DNA of 64,000 nucleotides from Ascidiella aspersa (Eukaryota): NCBI GenBank assembly GCA_963924565.1, contig OZ004607.1, positions 7,130,001 to 7,194,000 of the forward strand, read 5' to 3'. Shown piece by piece: positions 55,801 to 64,000 of this stretch (position 1 is its first letter; each line of letters starts with the position of its first letter). The notes under the pieces were generated by a model. It saw only the letters and a program-made list of their open reading frames with translations, ran no database searches and was not told where the DNA came from. The position numbers and the translations under genes were made by a program.

Positions 55801-58800
55801 AAATGCATTTTTTCTTCACATGTACGCACTTTAGAAATGCATGTCGAGCCAGCAACAAACTAAAAATACTACGCAAACCATGACCCATTGTTAAATCCAA
55901 TTTTTTTTCCTCAGTAATCACTAAATCGACGCAGACGAAAGCACTTAAAGCAAGAGGCCTAAAAAACGCAATAAGCAACAGAAGCGCAGCGCTAAGGTTT
56001 CCTGTCGATAAAATATCGATTTGTCCATTGCGTTTAGCTATAAAAACTTTATATTGCCTAAAAATTGTAAATTCCCATAAAATGTAAGAAACCCTGCAAA
56101 ACCACGTTTAATGCCACAAATAGAATTTCCTAAGCATGGACCTTTTAAAACGGGTTTCAATTATGTAATTAAACAATATTAAAAAAGCAGAATTTTAACT
56201 GATTTAAACAACAAGTAAATGTTTAGATTTTTAGGCTGAACTCCGCGTTGTCCTAAAACCGCAAACAAGATCTATTTAAAGACAAGCTTGAGTTGAGAAG
56301 CACGTTTCTAAGGCATTAAATCGAAATACTGTCATTTCTAGACTAAATATAATCCCTTACGTCGATTTGATTATATAATACTGTTGCCTTTAAGATAAGC
56401 AACACTCGTTTATAAATTATGCCGGGCAGCAATAGCTTATTTCACAATCCCTTACATTGACGAAAAACGAGTAAAGTCGAGAAAGAATTAAACATATTAA
56501 GTCTAGGTTGTGTTCGTAACACCTGGGTTCAAAACAAGCCGCTGCCCGAAACCGTACTAATTTAATATACATTTCCAGGCCTGAAGAGAACAAAAGCCGA
56601 AATAGCCACTTCACGTAGTTGAAAAGTTATTTCAACAGCAATACAATTTGTACGCGCGTGAGGTAACTGCAACGTGATATATGCGCGTGCCATTGCAATT
56701 TACTTTGTCAATGTAAACAACCGTTAACAAAAAGCATAACAAGGGGCAGAATAGCGATGAGGCTAGTGCAAGTGCCATCGCTGCATTCGTTGTGATGTCC
56801 GGCTACACAAACGATATCCGGTATCTCTAGTTCTGTTTGAGCTGCGTGACGCGTCCGCTGAACAGTTCCGCTATTGGGTGGGTTTTGAGGTTTTTTCTTT
56901 GCTGGACAACTGCCCAGAACGCATTGATGTCTTATGGTTTTCTGATTAAATTTGTAGGTATTTGGTATTTTAGCACATTTACAACTGCAGCTATGTGTGT
57001 TTTTATCTTGGAATAAAACTTTCTACCATCATAAAAACACAACATTGACATAACTTTTTATTTAATTTGCTTAAAAAAAAAATTTTAGTCTAGAAACATA
57101 AAGAAATAGTTTTAGATTATTAACATAATGGAATCAGAAAAGAAAAGTCATCCATTTCAAACATGCTTAAAAAAGCATAAAACTAAGTTGCTCTAAAATA
57201 CGTTACAATACTCAGACAAACGAAGCTGTCAAATGCTCTATTTTCATTAAAATTGAGTGAGAAGGTCATACTCTGGCTTCTGGCTGATAGTTAAACTAAA
57301 TTAAAAGAATTGTGCGAACCTCTTCAAACTTTGTTACATTAATCAAGCTGTCTTAGGACTCAAGTTCAAGAACAACACGTTAAGAGAAAAACAGCAACAT
57401 AACTTTTAACTACCAGCTTAAACAAAGCAGAAAAGTCAATTTTGAGCTATCCTGTTAACTTACACATTTTATCCCAATACCAATGCTTTGCTGTTACTAT
57501 GTTACATAAAATGTCTGCAAAAAAACATGAATTGATAAACAGTACACTTCTACAAAAGTTTGTCCTTGCCCTCATGGGACAAATTTTGCAAAAGCTTAAC
57601 TAAACTGTTTTGTAGAACATCGTAGAATAGTGTCTATAATCAGCAACCTATGTAATATATGTACGGTGGTGTACCAGTTGCTTCATGCAATCCTGGTCCT
57701 AAATCTAAAACATTAAAAATAGAAAAACTCACCAATCTGTTTTCATCAAAAACTTCAAAAAGGAGGCGATTATGGCGAAGTCCAACCTGCAAGATGTACA
57801 ATGGAATGAATAAAGGAATTTCATGGGGACTTTGTGACAATTATTGACACAAACATAATTTGAATTGTAATAGCTTATTTCATAATTTTAATTGTAAAAG
57901 TAGCAATTTGCAAACATAATACAGTGATTTTTAATTTGTAATGCTTGCAATTAAATGCATGTTTAAATGTTAAAAATCTTCTATAACAGTGCTTCCCAAC
58001 CAGTTGGTCGTCAAGCTGTTTCTAAATGTTACAGTTTCTATTAGATCGGGAATTATTGCATTTCATTATCATTACGTAACATTTATGCAACAATCTAACA
58101 AATATGTAACAATTAGATGTGTTGTGCGGCATTACCTATTTCAGTACGTCGTATTGCATGTAAATACATTGTTCTTTTTCTCATTAATTTGTTTTTCATT
58201 CGATTGGTCATGTGGGTTGCACAATAAAGCTTGCATTAAAAGTGAAAAAGGTTTTAAAATAACTGTTTATATCAAAAATAAAATTTATATATAGAGAAGA
58301 ACTTCGGTGTATGAAACAAAATAGTAGAACAGTTTATATTCACACTTACATTGAAAATAAAAGATTCATTCCAAACTGGATTTAAGGTCTGCAAAGTACA
58401 AACAAGTTTAATTATTCTATAAAAGAAGCTGGTATTTTATGTAAGCACCATGCATAATATGATTAGTACCCTAATTTTTTTTTTGTTTATTCCCTTTGAT
58501 TGTAATATAAAAGTACTCTAGATCCAAGGTTGGCCCTAAATTAAAATTCACACTCGCCAATGAGTACTTGTCAGATAAAATAACACTCGCTAAAAATGCA
58601 GACATATCTCTGTGCATTTAATACAGTGTGTAAACATAGTTGTGAAAAGGCAACTCAGCATGTTTTGTGGTAATCATAACTAATGTTTTTATCCTATATC
58701 CTTACACTCACAAGGCCACAAGTAAACAAGTTGATTAAATTAATGATAGTAATAAGTTTCATGTCCCATCAAAAGATAATGGACTAAGAAGCAAATTCCT

Positions 58801-60950
58801 TAAATCACTAAAAAAATATTTTTTCCCTTGCCAAAAAACTTACCTTCTTCTTTGTTTTGGTTATCACAGAATCATAAGTGACTTTTGGACTGCCTCCCCT
58901 GTCTTGTTTGTAAAGTGAAACAGAAACATAAGGGTCACTGCAAGAAAATATTGCAAGACAACAAAATTAGAAAAACAAAAATTTGTTAAACCTTGAGAAA
59001 ATTAAAAAAAAACATAAACCAAGAGAAGCATGTTTAAATAAGGCAAAGAACACTCAAAAATCGTGCCCTTAATAGTAGGTTTTTAAAACATTTGTAGCGC
59101 ACCTTGTTAAAAGCATTTACAAGCCAAAAAAATAATGCTGTGTAATAAAATGTTTAAAAAGTTTAGGAAAAAATTACCGGCAACATCCCTTCCACCCACC
59201 CAAAAAGGCAGAAATTAGGAAAATTGGATATTTTTAGGCAGTTTTGTAAAGTAAAAAAAAAATTAAGAAATCTGATTACAACATTGCGAAGTATATAAGT
59301 ATACTCAAACAAACAAAATTTTACATATGTCCTATATTATTTTATGTCATACCTTGCACCGAAAATATCTTTTTTGGCTAAGCTGTGTCCTGAAATAACT
59401 TCAATCTTCATGAGCCGATAACTACCAGCTTGAAGATCAGACTAAAATAAAAACATTATTTTGGTTAATGCAATGCAACAATGTAAAGTACTGTTGTTAG
59501 ATCTGACAGTATCTAGCATAGGAAAACAATGTGGTATACACACACACACACACGTGTATATATATATATACAAAAATGAGTGAGTTATAAATTGATGTCA
59601 TACATAAGAATAAGTCATGTAACTATTTTGGCCAACTAAGCTCCTTTAAATAAACTTACAGGTATACACACATTTGTGTGCAATAAACATAAATCAGAAC
59701 AATTTTAATCTACCAGATAAGTGGGTGATTATTTATTGACATAAAAAATACTTAAAACAGTAAAGCCTAAAAATTAAGAAAAAAAGAAATTCATTTGACA
59801 TAGGATAACAGTTATTTAGAAGACTGTCTGGTGTTTGGGCATGAGCGGACGACCAGTGGTTCTAAACGCTTGTAATAGTCTTAATGCGAACAGCTGGTTT
59901 TCAGGTATATGTATATCTAACATGAATGTTGTGCCTATTCTAAAAAATTGTGCAGTAAAACATTTATATATTTAAAAAATAGTGTAAAAAAAGATCAACA
60001 ATCGGACGCAAAGATAAAGGAGGAACTCAACCTAACATAATAAACCATGAAATGAATTTTTGACTAGAGCCACTCCTTACACATGGACGAGATAATATCA
60101 GCCTATTTCTCATGGACGAGATAAATATCAGCCTATTTCTTTCCTAACTTTATCTTTGCTCAGCAAAATTTATTACATAAGTTGCACAAGAACATGTTGA
60201 TTATATTGTGTAAGCTCAATTTAATCAATTTTTTATTAACCTTGTATGGCTTCTTGAATAAATGCAATCACGCTATCACAAAATCTGTTTTAAAAATTTG
60301 TTGAAATATTCAACAGAAATAAAGCATAAATACAATTCATAGGTAGAAAAATCTTCTCTTCTTCAAAAATAGTTTGAATGTAAGTAGTTAAATAGGATAG
60401 GAAAAAAATTCTCATGATGTGTGGTTTGGTCACTCATAAAGTAGTTACAAACAAAAGACTAAACATACGCACAATGCAACCTTTACAACAACATGGTTGT
60501 GAAGTATATATATTAACAATGTTTACTTTGAGAAGTTATTTTGACCTACCATGCAAATTTATAATATTTTTTTCAGAAAATAAGTCAATAAATAATCAAC
60601 TCAGTAACATAACAATTTCTAAAATTTTGCTTTTGGTCATTTAGCTAATTAGTTTGATTCCATTAGGACTTAAAAATATGTTTTGTATAAATCATGTAGT
60701 TAAACGATTATGAATTCTTGCGGAAAGCAATTTAAATTTACTTTAAGAATCAAGATTAAAAAACTAATTTTCATCCCGGTTTATTGTTAGCTGAAATTTT
60801 TTTCAAGGTTCACCTGCCAAAAAAGTTATACAGAAAGCCATATAAATCAATATACAAAATAATTTATATTAAAAATAAAGTCAAACAGCAGAAACAAATC
60901 ATTACCTGGGCACTGGAGTGCCCATAAACGCGCACATTAGGATTAGCCAT
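25863..60950 (-). CDS. NEDD4: NEDD4/NEDD4L-family HECT E3 ubiquitin ligase (C2, four WW, HECT), ~907 aa, 26 coding exons
   Basis: Exons 5'->3', all GT-AG and phase-compatible: 60950-60906, 59441-59353, 58937-58844, 58388-58350, 57786-57733, 51878-51822, 50081-50035, 49755-49656, 48861-48707, 47838-47595, 46363-46264, 45817-45764, 44723-44584, 44018-43927, 43409-43277, 42291-42237, 38790-38732, 38378-38307, 37313-37084, 31886-31765, 31107-31037, 30206-30037, 28988-28928, 28327-28160, 27441-27272, 25965-25863 (sum 2724 nt). Motifs: [37 protein letters not shown], four LPxGWE...W..P WW domains, [22 protein letters not shown], catalytic [17 protein letters not shown]-terminus GFEGVD*. Confidence 0.96.
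27720..28081 (+). mobile_element. hAT (Buster/SPIN/Charlie-like) internal-deletion derivative in a NEDD4 intron
   Basis: TIRs caggggcgggcaac / gttgctcgcccctg, cggcccgtgggccgg subterminal motif, and a retained transposase-like start [16 protein letters not shown] at 27919. Confidence 0.72.
29449..29573. mobile_element. Short decayed MITE (CAGGGCTG TIR, GAGTC repeats)
   Basis: cagggctgcggattcgg ... cgactcaacagcctg; a related right end ggctcctcagccctg lies at ~32277-32292. Confidence 0.5.
30224..30395. repeat. Imperfect ~45-bp tandem repeat (4 copies) covering the branch point and polypyrimidine tract of a NEDD4 intron
   Basis: Repeated gaaatgtgttaaaataaaagaaaaa...acaaacatga immediately 5' (minus strand) of the acceptor at 30206. 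Confidence 0.85.
35067..36153. repeat. Minisatellite, ~70-bp unit, ~15.5 copies
   Basis: Unit caggggttcttaaactttttttgccgcggacccctaaatttttttttgctttgcatggaccccggtaggg; ggttcttaa recurs 15 times from 35127 to 36111 at ~70-bp spacing. Confidence 0.97.
39595..40014. mobile_element. hAT-type MITE
   Basis: TIRs cataggcgc / gcgcctatg; perfect 8-bp TSD CGCACAAC (39587-39594, 40015-40022). Confidence 0.85.
41455..42146. repeat. Diverged ~240-bp tandem repeat, 3 copies
   Basis: Units starting tatcatttt..tggttg..aatcgac at ~41455, 41692 and 41939, sharing cacgcgaat..ggcgtt and tacctttagtccata. Confidence 0.85.
46384..46706. repeat. Diverged ~150-bp tandem duplication next to a NEDD4 acceptor
   Basis: aaatgccga.aaaac.aacagcagcggtgt...aaactg.gtgccatat...gctaca.aggttatt...actaattta.aaagtaaaactaaaatg occurs twice. 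Confidence 0.7.
52640..52936. mobile_element. hAT (Charlie-like) MITE
   Basis: TIRs cagtgcttcttaacct / aggttgagaaacagtg; TSD ccctaatt / cactaatt; gggtcgc motifs. Confidence 0.82.
53851..53874 (-). CDS. Candidate alternative first coding exon of NEDD4 (MHALLMFA)
   Basis: ATG plus 7 codons ending at consensus donor GCG|GTAAGT, phase 0, in frame with the downstream [12 protein letters not shown] exon; lies in a CpG-rich island inside intron 5. Confidence 0.5.
59536..59570. repeat. Compound (CA)n(TA)n microsatellite
   Basis: tacacacacacacacacgtgtatatatatatata. Confidence 0.85.
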
Positions 60951-61443
60951 CAACAGATATTTCCAATTGACGTAAATCCAATAATCCAAAAGTATTTATG
61001 CTTGCTAACGTGTCAAAGTATACAAAACTCCTCACACAATTTACCAAAAAATCTGAAAAACATGAAGAAATGTCAGAAATACAACATCTAAATGATAAAC
61101 CTGTTAACCCTAATCTATCAATTTATTAATACACAATACATGTGTAACTTGTAAATCTGGATCCGGCTTAAAACGGTAAAATAAAGGTATTACCTCCCTA
61201 CAGTCCCTCAATATTAAACACTTACTGCCAATGGAAAAAGAAAAGTACTAACTTATTACCCAAACCTAATAAGCTAATACATTTTGCTGTTCAGGGTTAT
61301 TTTTTTTGTACAAAACGTTTTTTTACATTCAGTAGTTAATATATTTATAAGACTTTTTTTGCACACATCTTTAAACTATGGGTTTAATTAGGAGAATACT
61401 TGGATATAAAAATAATTTAATATTTTAAATTTATACAAGACCT

Positions 61444-61656
61444 GACACTGGTCTAAAATCCTACCACATTTTCATCAAGGGGTTATATTTCCAACATTGT
61501 TTTGCTTTGGGTAGGTGTTTAACGTGTTAATAAACATGTTAGGTCAAGTATTAATATTATTATATTCATTAACCCACATTTATATAATTGTTCTTTGCAA
61601 ATTTTGTTGGACAACTCTTATGTTACTTAAAAAAAGGTAGGATTCTAGACCAGTGC
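61444..61656. mobile_element. MITE, GGCGCTGG-TIR family (CpG-decayed copy)
   Basis: gacactggtctaaaatcctaccac ... ggtaggattctagaccagtgc. Confidence 0.72.
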
Positions 61657-61899
61657 ACAATACCTTGTTCCTGCCAATACTAGAATATACTACTCAAAAA
61701 TGGAGACACATTATATGAAATTAATACAATAGTAAAAGTCAAAGAACTATCATACGTGATTAGGGAATTAAACATATAAACCTTAGATTTTGGCGCAAGT
61801 TTTTGATGGCCACAAATTATGAAATGAAACCAAGACCCTAATATGCACCAAAGTGTTAAATTTGCTTAAGCCAATGACCTTAATTAAGCGCACATAAGT

Positions 61900-62282
61900 C
61901 ACTATTTGTAATGACTTGACATGACTGAACTCTTCTGGGCAAGTGACCTGACTTGACTTGAGTCGACAAAACACTTTTGGGTTGAAACGAGGTGTTTTCA
62001 TTAATCAACTTTTTAATATAATTGAGCTATTTATCCTCTTTTGCACATAAATCACTTTAATTGGTATATATATGTAGCAGTTTCCTATTTTTAGCTTACC
62101 TTTTGCTGAATCAGACAATTTACCAATTTTAATAGTTTAACATTTTAGTTTTATGACAAGGACTGACAAGGATTCGATCGAAGTTGACTTGCTTTAGTTA
62201 TAAATTGACTGGGACTTGACTTGGCCAACTGATGACTTGGAGTTGACTTGTTGTTTATTGGACTTAAGTTATTTTACAAATG
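61900..62282. mobile_element. Decayed GACTT-repeat MITE (family of 17175-17596)
   Basis: gacttgac arrays plus shared internal blocks attgagctattt..tttgcaca and ttttatgacaaggac. Confidence 0.7.
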
Positions 62283-62318
62283 GCTGCAAAAAAAAATAGG
62301 TTACCAGAAACCCTAATA

Positions 62319-62784
62319 CAGTGGTTCTCAACCTGTGGAACGCGAAGCCATTTTGGGTGGTACGCTGTACGCAGTATGTTTTTAAGTAAAATTACAGTTT
62401 TACTAAAGGGTTAAGCATTTTTTTTATTGTAAACTATACATTCGTCGTAATGATTGTATAGTTAAATTTGTTATGCTTCTTTAATGATAGGAACTATTAT
62501 CTTTCCGGAACATCTATGCAAATTTCTTTTATGACATCATAGCAAAACAACAAAGAATTACAAAACTTGACTACCAGTATCTTGCAAGTTGAAAAAGAGA
62601 AACTTTATTGAGGTGGGCCGCATTTGTTTTGAAATTTCCCGGCTAACTAATTAGCTAATCCACCCCTGTTAATAATCCTATATACATTTTGAATAAAGTT
62701 GAGTTTTTCGACATTTTGTTGGTACGCAACAAGATCATAGAAGCTCGAGGTGGTACTCAGTGAAAAAAAGGTTGAGAACCACTG
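62319..62784. mobile_element. hAT (Charlie-like) MITE
   Basis: Perfect TIRs cagtggttctcaacct / aggttgagaaccactg and perfect 8-bp TSD CCCTAATA (62311-62318, 62785-62792). Confidence 0.92.
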
Positions 62785-62964
62785 CCCTAATAGATTAACT
62801 AAGGTCAAAGGTTTCTTAACCAAATTATTAAGATATATTTTAGTTTTGCGAATACTTCAGAAACTTTTAAAATGCATTAGATAACCACTTTTCAACCATA
62901 CTCCTGTATTCCTGACAACTCGAACTTGTCGTATCGTTTACAAAGACACGGTACCAAAAACTTG

Positions 62965-63167
62965 GGCGCTGGTCTAGAATCCTACCACAGTTCTAAAATC
63001 AACGCACAAAATTTGAGTTAGGGTGCGGGTTAGCGTTCGGGTGTGGGTGGGTCAAGTATTATTATATTCTTTGTTTAATAATAATACTTGACCCACCTTA
63101 ACCCAAACGCTAACCAGCACCCTAATCCAAATGGTGTTTCGTTGTGGTAGGATTCTAGACCAGCGCC
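62965..63167. mobile_element. Young palindromic MITE (GG-start TIR, 8-bp TSD; Merlin-like)
   Basis: Perfect 24-bp TIR ggcgctggtctagaatcctaccac; TSD AAAACTTG (62957-62964, 63168-63175); interior is itself an inverted repeat with degenerate TTAGGG-like hexamers. Confidence 0.88.
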
Positions 63168-63814
63168 AAAACTTGTAATTGACCAATCAACAGCCCTTGG
63201 CTTTGTAATGGTGACGCTAACTATCGGATTGTTTGCTGCAGTGCAACTGGAGGTATTCCATACAAAAACATTACACTTATCCTTGATGTCAGTGAATCAT
63301 TTGCTGTTGTTACGTAAAAAGCATAAACTTATTTTATCAATGAAAAACTACTGCTCTGAGGAAGGCGTAGGCTTTGTGGTTTATTTACTAAAGGGAGTTT
63401 TATCATTTGGTGATCAGTGGCGGTCCCCAACCAGTTTTTTTACGATAATGACCGGTTACCACCAAATGTAAATCGTTTAAAGACAAAATGAATTTATTCT
63501 TTACTAAAATAAAAAGTTCTTCAAGATAAATCTATCTTTTTGGTTAAATGGCTCGACATCACATTGCTGGAAAACGTGTCGCGCAGCAGCAATTAATATT
63601 TACGAGTGTTAAAATATTTTTATGTTACTTCAGGCTGCTTCAGGTTTTTAAATAATCCACGTTTATTATAACTACTCTACCTTAATTTAAAGTTCGAAAA
63701 ACTAATGATTAATAACTAGCAAAACTAAAAACTGTTAAAAACCCTTTAAAAAATATCGCATTGTATAAATATGGTCTTTTAAGTGTGTGTATTGTATCAA
63801 GCGTGGATGGGGAC

Positions 63815-63856
63815 AAATAAATAAACTTGAAACTTGAAACTTGAAACTTGAAACTT
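63815..63856 (+). repeat. (GAAACTT)n tail after AATAAA, possibly the 3' end of a LINE/SINE
   Basis: aaataaataaacttgaaacttgaaacttgaaacttgaaactt; short tandem tails after a poly(A) signal are typical of CR1/L2-clade elements. Confidence 0.5.
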
Positions 63857-64000
63857 TAAAGTGGTTATTATTCTTGCATGTATCCACGGTAGGAATTGGC
63901 TATTGTTTTACGCTTCAACCTGTTGATTGTATGTCGTTTTGAACAACCTTGGTGTCCGGTAAATTTAGCCTCTTTCTGCACGGTATCTCGTCCTAATTAC

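Overview
AT-rich, intron-rich animal genomic DNA. It is not prokaryotic; the gene content, mosaic CpG depletion and dense hAT MITEs suggest an invertebrate chordate such as a tunicate (inference only). Four protein-coding loci were reconstructed by hand from splice sites and reading frame. (1) The 5' end of a PLEKHA5/PLEKHA7-type tandem-WW gene on the minus strand runs off the left edge. (2) An unrecognised two-exon 319-aa orphan gene lies at 14427-15835. Its promoter and first ~46 codons also occur in two truncated copies within a ~3.35-kb tandem duplication, and its sequence pattern loosely echoes the ribosome-inactivating-protein (RIP) fold (speculative). (3) HSBP1 has an intronless CDS. 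(4) A complete NEDD4/NEDD4L-family C2-4xWW-HECT E3 ligase has 26 coding exons (about 907 aa, minus strand, 25863-60950), with a candidate internal promoter and alternative first exon giving a C2-truncated isoform. Non-coding DNA holds many MITEs with TIRs and TSDs, a hAT element nested in a Harbinger-like element, a 70-bp minisatellite built from a transposon end, a locally templated insertion, and alternating CpG-poor and CpG-rich domains. No rRNA, tRNA or CRISPR array was recognised.
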